This document shows, one piece after another, positions 12,099-26,047 of a DNA stretch of 64,000 nucleotides. This DNA comes from Eledone cirrhosa (Eukaryota), in assembly GCA_964016885.1 (NCBI GenBank), contig OZ024740.1, forward strand, positions 333,436,001 through 333,500,000, read 5' to 3'. The number at the start of each line of letters is the position of its first letter. Within the stretch, counting starts at the first letter, position 1. The notes under the pieces were generated by a model. That model did no database searches and had not been told where the DNA came from. It was given only the letters and a program-made list of their open reading frames with translations. The position numbers and the translations under genes were made by a program.

Positions 12099-13509
12099 TA
12101 AGTCACTGTTATTCTACAAAATTGTCTTACTTTAAATATTTCCTAAGAGAAAAATTACGTATTGATTTTTCGCAGCGTAATAATTAGCGTATATAAATAT
12201 ATTTAACTTTTGGTTACTTTCTTCCTTATACCCTCCACATAGCTTCAAGTCCTAATTTCAGCATGGAACTTAAAACAAATTTTGTTTTTTCTTTAGATTA
12301 CTCTCTCTCCCTGTCTCTCATTCTCACATGCAGACTATCTATCGCTCTCCCTCACACTCTCCCACTCTCTGCTCGCGTGTGTGTATTTAATATTAGAAGT
12401 TATTCAGAGTTTATTTTCCTCCTTAGCCATAGGAAATATTACATTTGAAGGTGGGTAGGTGTATTTTTTCGAAATCTCTCTACTTATTTTTTTCCTGCGA
12501 TGTATACAAATTAAAATATATTTAGCTCCAGGGCTGGGCCGTTATAGAAATTAAGTTACTTTGTTTAAATATATTTTTCTCACTTGAATTTTGTAATACT
12601 TTTGAGGCATACTGCGGAAAATATTAATGCTTGTTTATTCAAATATATCTTACTACGTATAAGTATATTCTAGATATAGTGGAAAATTAATGCTAGGTTT
12701 GAGTTCGATTTTTTTTTTTATATCAGAAATGTCTGATAAATGTCTACATATTTATTTATATTGGGATGATTTATAGAAACTTATGTTATATATTTAGAAT
12801 AAACCTAGCCCTGTACACCTATCCAAAGTTCTCTTTCACATACCGCGCAATGGCTACCTCACCCGTTTCACACAATACACAATGTCTTCTACGTTTTCAG
12901 TTAATCTAAACTGTCAATCCGTACAATCCGTTTATTAATTTATATCAGGTGTAATTCAAATTAGGCACACATTGAACATAGTTGCCTAATTTGTTTTAAC
13001 ACAGGATTGCATTTCTTTTTAAAATTTCACTTCTTAAGTTTTCGCTAAATCAACATTGCTTTTTAATAAATAACATTTTTAACAATAACATTCAGAAAAA
13101 CAAGCGTCTAAATTCCAAACGTTTTCAGTGTTTTTCGAAACATCCTCCTCATTTATAGTTCTCCTGGCGTTAGTGTAGTATGCCTCTAAATGTTGGCTAT
13201 GTATTTCATTTTTATTATATAAAGCGAACAATATAAAGGTCGATCATCTCATACTACTAAGTTGAATATTGTAATTCGATACTCATAGTTGCCGACTTTC
13301 CTTTTATCACTTTAGTATCTTGGGACGTTCATTTAATTTATCAAATTGCCGTTTATCCTGAACAACTTAATGTATACTATGCGAATATTATCATAATATA
13401 AAATACTTGAACATTAACACACCCACATACATAACCTGACACATACACCCCCTACACACACGCACACATACACACGCATATATATATATTTATTAAAATA
13501 ACAGATTAA

Positions 13510-13560
13510 AGTTTAATCGAAGAATCGCTGCTTCCACACTTAACGGGATCTTCTGAAACT
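13510..13560 (-). ncRNA. Decayed hammerhead, CAGAAGA (U4A) family
   Basis: Reverse complement reads agttt-cagaaga-tcccgttaagtgt-ggaa-gcagcgattcttcgatt-aaact. Confidence 0.5.
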
Positions 13561-14599
13561 AACAAAGACAATCTGTGAACGCAAAAGTGAATATTTCAAA
13601 AAACGTTGCAACCGGAAAAGACAGGAAGACGTTCGTGGAAACGTTCCCTGGCAAAGAACGGGAAAAAACGAATATATGTCATTATTTGGAGCGGTGAAAA
13701 ACAATTACACGCAAAGACAAAACCACGTCTATAGTATAAAAGAAGTCGTAGACTTATATTCTATTAGGTGGTTCATAGAGATGTTCTCTGGCAATGAACG
13801 GAAAACACGAAGATAATACGTCATATGTGGAGCGTGGAGAACAATTGCAGGCAAAGACTAAACCACGTAAATGGTATAACTGAAGACGTAGACTAAAATT
13901 CTAACTAGGAAACCGAATGATTCTCGGCTTCAGAGTTAAGAATAAAGTAAATGAAATACACAGGTAATTGAGATTAAATAAATGCATACGCGCTTCTCTA
14001 AACGTACATACACAAGCATACGTGAAAAGACTCACCATAGGTATACAAATACACGCACGTACACATAAAAAACAACAAAAAAACCCGCACGCCTATACAG
14101 AACCCACGCAACGCCTGTACCCGCACGCATACGAATCTATACACCAAATACCCATAAAATATATATTTAAAAAATATATATATATGTGTGTGTGTGCGTG
14201 TATACATATACTTAAATAAACGTATATAAATAAATAAATACGTATATAACAAGCGCACACACATACCTACACATATGTTCCGAGACGTACGTCAACCACA
14301 ACACACAGTACACATATGCACACACACTACATACGTACAAACCCGTATACTCACACATACGCAAAACTTACGTATACACATAACCAAAAGCATATGTACC
14401 AGAATATATAATATATACGCCATGACATATACAATTAAATATACGTACGAGAAAGTATACGTACCTTCACAAAATATACAGGTAATATATACTTACCTAT
14501 ACAAATAAGTAATGGTATAAACATAACATATACTTAGCTACCACATCAAGACGTAAAATATCCGCGTATAGTTCGTACTATCCGTTAGGGTATAATGTG

Positions 14600-16662
14600 G
14601 GGCAGTAATACAGGAAAGTTTTGTGCAATTTATGTTTACAGGCTGAAATTGCCTCAGATTTTTTGTTTAAGACGTGGTCTTTGGCGTAGAGTATTTCCAG
14701 GCCTCAGCGGCGCAGAGGTCACATGGTCTTTTATTTCCGTTATACGATCTAGCCCTAGCTAGCATCTCCCAGTGTAACTTATATTGGGTGTGGTTGTCCT
14801 TTAGAATCCAGATATAAGCTGAAAGTGACGTCATATTCCTTCTTAAAGGGTTACGAAAAGAATGGGTGTACATGTAAAGACGCTGCTTGAATCTATTGGC
14901 GGTTAACCCTATGTAGGCCCTACGGGACGTGGGTGTTTTAACGTTACATTTGTAGACAATGTTACTAGAGAGGCATTTCCCGGATAGGGGGCAGTCAACT
15001 AACTACAGGGTTGCATGTGTTCCTAAGGCTAGGAAGTTTAGCTAAATTTGAAGCTGTCATGTTACGTGCAAGTCGTAGAGTAAGACATTTTAATAGTATT
15101 TCTATTAAAAATGTTACTATATTTATGTGTAGGGGAAAAATGCTTCATAATAAGGGAGATAAAGATCTTAGCTAATGGTGTGGCCACCGCCATATTATAT
15201 GGTGGGTTATACCATATAATGCGTCGCGATCTATTTCTTCTAGGTCTATTCTCGTACTCTGTATATGCTACCTTATCGACAAATCTACTCCGAGAAAGAG
15301 CTTCATTGTAATATGAATGCAATGGTCGTTGAAAATATGCTCGTTAGTAGATAGACGGGAAAGCCTCAAAGAAACGATTCTTACCAGTTTCTTGGTTATG
15401 CTGGCAGGATGGTTAGAATGCTTCCTCGTGTAATTAAGCATATCATTCGGATTTCTATACGGGTAATGCAAGCCATTCGATAAATTGAGAGTAACGTCGA
15501 GGTAATTAACGAACGAGAGGGTGGCCTCAACCTGTATAGAGAGTTGAAACCTTTAAAGAAGGCTGTGAGTTCTTTTCTGAACATGTCGCAAACCAGTGGG
15601 CCGCATTTAGTCATGGTCAAAAGACCATCATCACGGTACAAACCACCGCCCACGTTGGGGAATTCTTCTTTGATAGAGAAAAAACGGAAAAGGCCGATAA
15701 GATCAGTAACCTCTGCAGAACCGCTGGCGCCCATACTCACGTCGTATGGGGTACTATTAGATTTTATAATCCAAATAGAGTCGTCGAAATTAATCACCGA
15801 CTTACGGGCATTGAGGATGACATCAACTTCGAAATCCTTAACCACTGTGAGTGTTTTAGCGAAATTGATAGCTCTAAGGAGCAGTTGTAAAATGATGGAG
15901 AAGTAGTAATTATTGATGTCGAATTGGATAAAACGGCAATGTTCCTTGTTGCATATGCCGTTGAACCAATCAATAACCGCGAAAGATTTGTTCCACAGTG
16001 CAAGAGGGGCCAAACTTCTAATTTCAGGTATAATTCTATCAAGAATCCTTTTACTAAGTCTACCTAAATCGGACTTCGTAGTGTTAATAATCCGAATAGA
16101 GGGGTTGTTTGGAAAATTGGATTTGTGATCCTTCAGAGTAAAGTGGGGAGAAATAGGGTCCAGAGGTTCAGACGGTCCAGGATGTTGAGATCAGAGGTGA
16201 TTTTAAACCCAGCATCGTTGATTTTATTAATGACACTCTGATTAGGTTTACGGTAATCCTTAGTTACAGCATTATGTAGCAGTTGATCCGCTCAACTTGA
16301 TATAGATTGCCAGTTTTGTCAGAATGGACGTGCATGGCATTAGAATCCTTAATAGAACGAATTCTATTATTCAGGTCCTGCTGGAAGGAATTGCTCCTAT
16401 TCCAAAATTTGATATTCCGTATGAGTTCCAAGACATCATTTTCGAAGGGTAGCAATGCTGAGTTACTCGGAGGGTTATTATAGGTTTTAAACCCAAATTT
16501 ATCCTGTTTGCTGTCTGATTTTCACTGATTATCGAAATAAAAGGCACGCCAGTGCAACCTTTTAATGAACGCGTTTGTTTTCTGTATGAGGAGTTTTAGG
16601 TATGTTTTTCTGCTTGGTACGGGTATGTTCTTTGTAGAAATATTCAGATGTTGTTTCTGCAT
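14600..16662 (-). pseudogene. Naiad-type RT-GIY-YIG ORF with stops and frameshifts
   Basis: ORF fragments 16264-16455, 15396-16013, 15268-15471, 15062-15322 and 14667-14873 are colinear; in-frame TGA at 16522-16524. Confidence 0.9.
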
Positions 16663-16736
16663 GATGAATATAAGTCAATAAAGTGCTCAACCGATGGAAC
16701 CAAATAGTAATAATAATAAATTTGAAGACTAAAATC

Positions 16737-16805
<69 letters not shown>

Positions 16806-17539
16806 TCCCGAAATATGATGAGGATCTTGTGCCTTTGAAACTCCAGTTTAACAACGCTCACTCATTCACGATAAATAAATTTATATATTTATATATGAAG
16901 ATGTTGACAGAAGAAAAATCTATTATGTAATCTCTCTTTAACATATGTTTCTTCACAATTACTTAACAGTCTACTTCTGCTGACTATATTGGGCAATGTC
17001 CATTCGATTGTATTACGCATCTGCAATTGCACTTCACAAGGGAGAGAACTATCTTGAATAACCATTACAAAACATCCACTATCGAAACCGCTGATAAATC
17101 GAAAACAAGATCTTCAGTTAAGAAAAAAACCAACCTGGTCCGCCACCAAGGAACACCTATCTTTAAACACCGTCCCCATAATAATCGCTTTTCTTTAGAC
17201 TTATTATGGTCCTCCCTCATAGAGCTTTCATGGGATCTTAAATAGGGAACATTCTGGCTTTCCCACTCTATCACAACGAACCTTATTAGCTTCATTATGA
17301 CGTCAAATAATAAATGACTCCGTGAGGATAACACCGACCAATATGAACCCGGACATGAACCAAACTCCACTATAAGAATACTTACCGATCATCTTCCTAA
17401 CCTACCGCATTTAATAGGGATAGCTGAAACATACTGGTGTATCGAAGAAACCCACATTCCTATATCTTGAATATCACCCCAAATTCAGGAACCAGGGATG
17501 ACCCATACATGTTGTACGGACACACTGCAACTGATGAGA

Positions 17540-17900
17540 TACTAATAAATGTTATTTAAATGGAAAATCTATGTATACAAACATCGTTTGCAAATGTCTG
17601 GTCAACACAGAATTGGGGATATATTAATATATGGAGGCTGCATCCAATGTTCTCGTTAAAAAGATGGTTTGTACACAGTCGCTCATTCAAAAATTATGAG
17701 CTACGTATATCAACTGCCATAGTAAAAAGAATCTGGGATTTAAAACAGGATAATATTGTTTACACAGTTTCTTGTTCAGTATGACGTTTCGTCCGCCCAT
17801 ATCAAAACGAAAGATGGCCCTGCAATATTTTTGTAGTGGAAGTGTTGCAGATTATGACTGGATCAGATCTGTTGAACTATCGACTCGATGAACTGATAAC
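17540..17900 (+). pseudogene. Old Naiad-like GIY-YIG endonuclease remnant
   Basis: SFKNYELRISTAIVKRIWDLKQDNIVY resembles the SF..ST.LS..IW.LK...Y segment of the Naiad ORFs in this window. Confidence 0.5.
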
Positions 17901-19179
17901 ATTAGGCAATAAAACCGTATCAAAATATTACACGGACTAGCATAGAAATCGTGTCTCTGTATCATTTCTACTTTACTTGACTCTCTCATAATGCCCCTTC
18001 TCGCAACCTGTATTCGTCCTGGTGTACGCTTGCCTCCTATGCTCTCGGTTTCTGTTGAAATGACTCTAACACTTTGCCCCTAAATGTAATTTATTGCCCT
18101 TCAGCGAAATCTTATCGTGTCTTGTCCTTTCGATTTTCCCTCCATTTTTCTTTTATCATTTTCTTATTTCTCTTTCTCTTCGCAATCTTTCCCTCCCCCT
18201 GCTGCACTAACGATCTCTCTATATGATTATAATAGGTTCCCTGACCAGTCATACTTGTCATTTGATGTTTTCTCCACCTGCAACTCTACTAATCTTCTCA
18301 TTGATCATGTGTACGGTAATCCCTCACCCCAGATATGTATCTATTATCTATATTTGGCAAAATTGTTGTTATTTATGTACGTATTTTTGGTCATTATGTT
18401 TTGTTCACTAATTTTGTTATAAATATATAAAGTTTTATTTACATCTTACTAAAAACAATTAAATAAAAAACAAAGAAAAGCAAATTCGATAGAGAAGAAA
18501 GAATGGAATGTAAGATAAGAAAATATAATAGAAAAGGAAAGGCAAAGACTTTAGTATCAATTTTGATTTTGATTTTCTCTGTATTCCAAACAGAAATTTA
18601 TATATTAGAAATGTGAACGGTAAGCGATGTTTCTTGCATAAATACGAAACTCACCACTAAGAATATAACAAACGCTTTCCCGTATAATTCTCCTTCTGAT
18701 GAAGTTTAATTGCTGACACATAATGCTTGCGATTGAACATTATACAATGTAGTCAGTGAATGTAGATTGTTATGTAATTGTGCAGAAATATGTTAAAAAT
18801 GGATTACATACACTCTTTTTCTTCTGTCCATTGTCCCTGCTTAGTTTTTCATAATTTTTTTCATGGACTATATTTTTATATATTAAATACTCCGTGAACT
18901 TCTCCTTGGTAATTGTACCATAACCATTATACCTAAATACCTATGGTACCCAATTTTAAGGAAGACGTCGGGAAAAATATTTGGGAAGCTGAATTTCATA
19001 TCTGGTTTGAATATTCTCCTCAAACATAATTGATTTGACCGTCACAAATGATGTATTATTTGTCATCTCATATATATATATATGCGAAATGTCAACGAGC
19101 AAAAATATCGCAAGAGGACAAGACAGTACTACGAAAATGTATATTAATTTAACGCGTAATAGTGTAGGCGAATAATTTT

Positions 19180-19207
19180 AATCTTTCTGGCGTTAGCCAT
19201 TCATCAG
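19180..19207 (-). ncRNA. Hammerhead-like core
   Basis: Reverse complement reads CTGATGA-a-TGGC-taac-GCCA-GAAA-gatt; stems I and III are weak. Confidence 0.5.
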
Positions 19208-19849
19208 AAGATAGAATGAGTGATAGAAAACAGAATAGAAAGATAGTTGAAAGTAATAAGAGGATGACACGGAAACATAAGTTTTTTTACGGGAGGGAAG
19301 CATGCATGTGTTTATTCTTCCACAATTCACATATTATTTAATATATTTCTGTTGAATATAGAATTAAATGAATTCAAATTAAGATAGAAATAGGTGTAAA
19401 TAGATATATTGCATGAATGAAATATTAACAATATGTTTTCATGGACACAATTGTATATTTGAATGTGATTCTCTTATATTTTCTCTTCATTCAATTGATT
19501 CCAACAGCTAAGAGAATTATCAATATTAATGCTAGAACAAACCTTCAGATAATTTCATGTAAACTTGCTGTGAAAGAAGGAGGTGTACCCACTTTCAATC
19601 ATTTCTTCTTTATGCGTAGAAAACAACAAAAAAGTAAAATATTCTATATATTACTTCACGTTTATAGAAACGCAATATCGTCTCCTTAGTAGAATATATA
19701 ACAGAAAGAGATGCAGATGCATACACTTGAACTCAAACTAATGACACATGCACATACTTCCCGTATATATGCACCCACATAAATACATGTAAATATGCAC
19801 ATATAACTACATATATGCGTTGATATATATATTTGTATGTAAAAGGTAA

Positions 19850-20985
19850 ACAGAAAAAACAACACAATCGGTACAGTATATGGAAGGTATATATTAGGTT
19901 AATGCTTGATATAGCAGGAAGAGGGTCTTAACGTTTCGGACGCTAGTCCTTCATCAGAGGAAAGAATGAGAAATAAAATAGATTGAGGGGACGGGGGAGA
20001 TGGAATTGGTGAAAATGTCTTTAGATAAAAATAACAGGCCCATTCCTGTTGACATCTCTTGCAAAACTGTTGCAGCTGGCGTTTTGAGTATGATTTGTTT
20101 TTTAGAAAAGTGGATGATGGAGCACGTCTACCTGAAATGGAAAAAAAAACTGTTTTGTAAAAATAGCTATACTTGAGTACGTGCGTAAGCATGTGTTTGT
20201 GTGTGTGTGTGTATGTGTGCGTGTGTGTGTGTTTGTGTTTGTGTGTGTTTATAGGTCTGTACGAAGCTAAGAAGAAATGTGTGTATGTATGTGAGTAAAA
20301 GAGTCTGTGTGTGCATGTAAGTACGAAGCTATGAGCAAAAGTATGTTAATATAATTGTGTGTATCGGCCTGTATTAGTTGTAAGAGCAGCTGCTAATGAT
20401 CAAGAGAAAGCGATAGGAATCTAGGGGTGTGATAATGGACGGGGTATTAGAGAAATTGGGTAGGTGAGTTGAGTTCAAGAGGGGATTAGGTCCCAAGGCG
20501 GTGAATCAGACTTTATTCAGTCCTGGTGCGCGAGGCCTGTGATCTATGATCTAAAAGGACCCCGGGGACTGAAAGATGTAGGGAAGAATGACCAGGAGAA
20601 CAGAAATGACGGGGGACAGGAGTATCCGCACCGAGTCAGATGTCCCTCAAATGTTCGGCAAAATGGTCCGCCATACGGCGTCCCGTTTGTCCGATATATA
20701 AAAACCCGCAAAGGGAACATCGGAAGGCATAGACAACGTGGGTGGATGTGGAGGTGAAGAAATAGCGGAGACGGAAAGACCCGTTAGGGCCTGTAAGAGG
20801 GCTGAGGGTGGAAATAAAGGGACAAGTTTTGCAGCGGGAACGGGAACAGGGATGAGAACCGGGTGCAGTTGTGGGAGAGGATGAAAAGGAACTGCGAACC
20901 AGGAGATCGCGGAGGTTGCGGGTGAGCTCTCAAAAGCAGTAATGGGTGGGTTTGGAAAAAAGCCAGTTTTAAGAAAAGAAAGTAT
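19850..20985 (-). mobile_element. 5'-truncated Neptune/Penelope-type PLE (endonuclease plus 3'UTR)
   Basis: Frameshifted minus translation [72 protein letters not shown]; hammerhead core downstream. Confidence 0.85.
19930..19957 (-). ncRNA. Minimal hammerhead-like motif in PLE 3' end
   Basis: Reverse complement reads CTGATGA-a-GGAC-tagc-GTCC-GA-AACGTT (palindromic stem III); stem I is short. Confidence 0.65.
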
Positions 20986-20992
20986 TGTATAA

Positions 20993-21105
<113 letters not shown>

Positions 21106-21535
21106 CATGCATGTTTATACTCTAATGTGTGTGCTTTTGACAAAAATCATTTTCCATTGAGTTCAAATATTCGCTAACAGAAACATAGTTAATAATCCAC
21201 TTGATGAAGGAAACATTTAAAAATATTATTATATTATGTGACTTCGTTTTAATTAATGCGCATAAAAGGAATCCCTACGTCAAATGAAGCTCTGTAAACG
21301 AGCTGGAGCATAGAAATACTGTAGAAGCTATTCACAAATTCTCCCACGTTCCTTGATCGACAGCTTTTCTAAACACCAGGATCTTAGAATTATCCAATAC
21401 GTTGAAAATTTCGGAAACAATCCGTTGACCGAAGAGATTTTTATCAGGTGATATCAGAATCTCTGGATATTGAACTGGTAGCTGACATGATTTCTCTATC
21501 TTAGTCTCGAATCAAATATGATAACGCGATTCGAT

Positions 21536-21570
<35 letters not shown>

Positions 21571-21731
21571 CGTTAACCTAATATATCCCTTCCATATACT
21601 GGACCGATGGTGTTGTTATTTCTGTTTAACTTTTACATACACACACGAATTTATATATATAACGAGGGCAGTGTTCAGAAGTAGCTGTGGAAACGTCTGG
21701 AGCTCAGCTGTCTGGGTCCTGACTCTTTTCC

Positions 21732-21793
<62 letters not shown>

Positions 21794-21803
21794 AACGAGT
21801 AGG

Positions 21804-21899
21804 ACCCCGACGGATGAGCACAAGCCGTTTCGACGGCTAATTCTGGACTAAATGAACATTTTTATCCTGCTATATGAATAGCCGAGCTTCTCAGGGGGT
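21804..21899 (-). ncRNA. Type I hammerhead with extended stem II (inverted copy)
   Basis: Reverse complement of 23265-23361 with a few substitutions in stem III. Confidence 0.65.
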
Positions 21900-23264
21900 A
21901 ATTCCATATATGGTAAAAGTGATTGTAACAAGGATTGGTCAAAAGTCTGTTGTTGAGACACATAATTCTATCATGGCAATTTGTGGAAGTTATGTTCGGA
22001 GGAAACTTTACAAATGTTGTTTTCGACGGACCAACTCCTAAACAAGAAGGACGAACTGGTAACTGCATGCAAACACAGATTGCGTAGGACTGACCTCGCC
22101 CTCAAACCCCATGATGACCCGGGGGGGGGGTAGACAAGGGCTGTAACACCCCACTTGCCGACTTTGTAATGGGTAACCCCTGCTTGCAAAGGTAGACGTA
22201 AGATTTTCTTTTATACCTTTTTATCGCTTCCTCTATATTTCCTTCTTCCCCCCATCCCTTCCTAGTCCTTCCACCCCAGTCCTCTTTCTTTGTCGTCGTC
22301 CTTTTCACGTTCTCGCCCACCCGAGGCAGCCCCTCGGTCTTTTGTAGCCTCAGTACCCCCACCCCTTTCCCCTATTCTATGATAGAATTGGTCGACTCCG
22401 CTTTTTATACCAGATGTGATAGACCCCGGATACTTGCTTTCTTATCCGATGGCTGCCCCTTTTCCGTGCTTTCTACGTTTCTTAGTGGTATCTTTGCTTT
22501 AATTTCTCGTATATCATTATTTTTTTTTTTTAATTAATTATTAAATTGTTCATATACTTCGTACGAGCATTTATGTAGTTTGCACTAGAATTTTTGTATC
22601 GTAGCGGCACCCTTAGAGATAGTATTAGTATTCTTTTTCGGGATTCTGATTTATTATTTCGTATTAGTTTATTTTTTGCACTGGGTTGTTGCTGGCCTTG
22701 TGCCTAGGGTAGAAACAATTATTTCATATTGGTCTCGGGACTCTGAATTATTATTTCGTGGTATTTTCTTTAGTCTTTTGGCCCCCCCACTTGTTGACTC
22801 GTCACCGTAATATATACTCGGTTGATTACTACTACCTCTTAAAAGGGTCTCATTATAATTCCGTTTTACCTAGTAAACTTTTCTATAGTCTAGCAGTACC
22901 AGTGAGGGACTTGATGGCTGTCGTTGGGGAATAGTAACCAGTAATGTTTTTTGTTTTTTTTTTATATTTAATTGTTTTTTTTTTTTATTCTCGGTATTCT
23001 TCTATATTTTTACCCCATATTGTTTTACTTTTTGTTTCGACTTCCTCCCCATCCCCCTCCCTAGTATACTTCCTTTGCTTCCTGCCCTGCTGTAGTTGGC
23101 ACTATCAACGCACGACGGGGTTTCCTCCACCCCCTCTCCCTCTTTCTTCTACTGGCAGGTTCATCTACCACTTCCTTCCACAAATTGCCATGATAGAATT
23201 ATGTGTCTCAACAACAGACTTTTGACCAATCCTTGTGACAATCACTTTTACCATATATGGAATT

Positions 23265-23361
23265 ACCCCCTGAGAAGCTCGGCTATTCATATAGCAGGAT
23301 AAAAAATGTGCATTTAGTCCAGAATTAGCCGTCGAAACGGCTTGAGCTCAGCCGTCGGGGT
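23265..23361 (+). ncRNA. Type I hammerhead with extended stem II and CUGAGAA core
   Basis: ACCCC / CUGAGAA / 57-nt stem II (ggcuauuc...gaauuagcc) / GAA / ACGGCU-ugagcuc-AGCCGU / C / GGGGU; predicted cleavage after GUC at 23356. Confidence 0.75.
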
Positions 23362-23452
23362 GCTACTCGTTCCTATTACCCACTCTACTACCCTAAGTAT
23401 TGAGTACTTTGGTGCGTTATGGTCCACCTGGTTCCTTACCACATTTCCTTCG

Positions 23453-23492
<40 letters not shown>

Positions 23493-23499
<7 letters not shown>

Positions 23500-23614
23500 C
23501 TGTGTATGGTATCGTTGGTATAATCTCTCTTTAAAAACTGTCGTTCATTTACACTAGTTAATTTATTCAGGAATGGTGCATTCGTTTGTTTCGTGCATTG
23601 ATTTTTATAGGGTG

Positions 23615-23702
<88 letters not shown>

Positions 23703-23900
23703 AGCATCCTATAAAAACCAATTCGTTTGTTTCGTGCATTGATTTTTATAGGGTGCTATATATATATATATATATATAGCATCCTATAGAAACCAATGCA
23801 CGAAACAAACGAATGCACCACTCCTGAATAAATTAACCAGTGTAAATGAACGACAGTTTTTAAAGAGAGATTATACCAACGATACCATACACAGCATACC
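23493..23900. repeat. Inverted repeat pair around (TA)n tracts
   Basis: 23493-23618 is the reverse complement of 23776-23898, with an extra partial copy at 23701-23758. Confidence 0.85.
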
Positions 23901-26047
23901 GAAAGTATGAACTTCCGAAAAGCGAAAATGGCGACAATAAATAAAATAAACACAATAATATATTGCAATAATATTTAGAATGTTGATACATTAAGTAACC
24001 TCACTGTATAGAACAATACAGGTTTTTAATTTAAACCTCACTTAAAATACCAAAATAGAATTCGGGCGTTTCAATATAAATTTTCTCCTGAGATACAGAA
24101 AAGGATTGCGAATGGTCTCACACTGAAATCGCAATAACGAACAGTTTTATAATAGTAAATGATTGTGGATATTAAATATCTAATTGCAGTTACAAATCGA
24201 TTCACGGAGAAAGGAACTGGAAATCTTGAATATCGGTTTCTAAATACCAGGAAACTCGATGATATTTTTCTTTAGTATTATTTGAATGCCTTTTTTTCTA
24301 TTTCAAATGTGTAGCAGTATTTGCGGTCTCAGCTGAAAACCGACCGATGTCAACTCTGCTTCTCACGATCGCATGTTCGAGAAAATGAAACGCCCGTCAA
24401 TATCAGCTTGTTCATCCTCCTCCTGATTTGCTGGCCTTGGGCTATTGGACAAATGCGTATGAATATTTTTTCTGGATGTTTCGTGTTCAAATCCAGATGA
24501 AGAGCCAGGCACGTACTCAATTTGTATTCATTGACTATTTTCTTTTAAACATTGCTGATTTTCTTCTTAAAGTAGAGATCATTATATTAATCTATCTTGT
24601 ATTTTTTCTTGTCATTGTTCAAAATACATTTTAAATATCATGGGTGGAAATCACAATTTTTAGAGGAATGTTTTAAGTCCCGAATCAATTTAATGGTTTC
24701 AGTTGAAAATGCGTGATGGTAAGTAGTTTGTGAAGTTATATACTTTATTTCCTAAAATCATTTGTTGGATTTGTATCTCGAGTTGAATCTTCCAGAAAAT
24801 CAATACTTATTGTTTACATTCCATCAATAAAAACACTTCGTTTCTCCAGGCTCGTAGGTATTTTGGAAGTGGTTATTTATCTACTCCCAAACAACAAATC
24901 AGTTCAGCTGAGCCGTTTTGTCGACAAATAATATTCAAAATAAAATATCGTTCTTCAAACCAATCGGGATTTATTCTACAACCAACATTTTTATTGGATA
25001 ATGTCATCTTTGTCATTCCATACATCACGATTCCCTTCTGTTAATTCATTATATCTGAAAAATAAATATTTTAAATGTACATCTCGCTGAAACGTTCTCA
25101 ATTATTTAATATATATTTTCTCTACACTTGCGTTTATACGTGTATAAAAAAATTGCTTCTATTGATGTTTTATTTTATTTTATTATAGTGTGAAAATATT
25201 TATCACATAATTCCCGAATCAATCCCAGTTGTATATTTCATATTCATCAATATTTGTGTTGTTATAAATACGTCTAAGCAAATGCATAGATGTATATCTA
25301 ATATAACTTTCGTGTTTGTGTATTGGGTGTTAATTCAACAAAATATATTCTGCATTTTGATAGCTATTTTCCAGTATAGGCATCGTGCACTTTTTACTTT
25401 CATATTTAACCCTTCTAAATTCACCGTTATTGAGTTGATGGGGGGTTGGGTTTAATCTACATACGTATTATACCCTAAAGAGAAATAACAGTTCACATTA
25501 AATTGTAATCTAACGCAATCGATTTAAAAGAAGCTACGAAGCGTGAACAACTTTAGGAATACAATGTGAGATATTAGCTGAATGTATGCATATCATATTG
25601 AACTATTTACATGTTCTTTTCCAATGTGTATCAGCAAATATTCAAATATATACAATATTTATAACCAGGAATATTTGTTGAGGCACATTATATTTATATA
25701 TCAAAGAAATACTAAAATGTTTACACACTTTTCCTTTCAATTGATCTTTTAAATTTTATATTTAGAAAGCTCAGTTTTGATTACAGGGAATGGAATCGCT
25801 TCCCTTAAAACAAGTGTATTATTCGTTTGAAAAAACATGGTATGTAAAATGCGTGTTTATTTTGTAACGTATAACATAAAATGACTATGGCGTTATCCCG
25901 ACGTTTAGGCTCATCCATAGTCTTTCAATAAAATGTGTATTCTAGGTTAAAAATGATCTTTCTGATAAGTTCACGTTAAGGGTGAAAGCAACGATTCTTT
26001 GCTTAAACTTTAATCTTTTTTAAATATATATATATATATATATACAT

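Larger units (their letters stand above)
13488..16740 (-). mobile_element. Near-full-length but disrupted Naiad-type Penelope-like element
   Basis: From ATG at 16662: MQKQHLNISTKNIPVPSRKTYLKLLIQKTNAFIKRLHWRAFYF. RT motifs FIQFDINNYY, DVSMGASGSAEVTDLIG and GGLYRDDGL, then IIWYNPPYN and the endonuclease C-terminus CDLCAAE. A 1.1-kb 3' region ends in a pLTR shared with 62.0-63.5k. Confidence 0.92.
21790..23455 (+). mobile_element. Heavily 5'-truncated Naiad-type PLE with inverted 5' pLTR
   Basis: 21990-22133 encodes LCSEETLQMLFSTDQLLNKKDELVTACKH...*, a Naiad C-terminus (compare LCSQE...LLNKRLELIISCNH at 54.9-55.1k). 21790-21989 is the reverse complement of 23173-23375; (TA)n flanks. Confidence 0.85.

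Noticed and set aside
15544-15906. Antisense ORFs over PLE coding regions (also 4596-4847, 34772-35011, 56300-56509)
   Set aside because: Shadow frames of RT/EN sequence with no independent motifs.
16522-16524. In-frame TGA in the Naiad ORF as possible selenocysteine (some Naiads are reported to be selenoproteins)
   Set aside because: It lies in a variable N-terminal loop rather than a conserved Cys position, fits CGA>TGA decay, and the copy has other lesions. Endonuclease cysteines in the Naiad ORFs here are ordinary Cys codons.
16810-16850. Further hammerhead-like remnants (also about 18695, 21280, 28820, 37700 and 45220)
   Set aside because: Core or stems are too mutated to support a call.
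24230-25060. Possible exon after a tttttcag acceptor, or LINE remnant (NPDWFEE-like), on the minus strand
   Set aside because: Stops in all frames; too degenerate to assign without a search.
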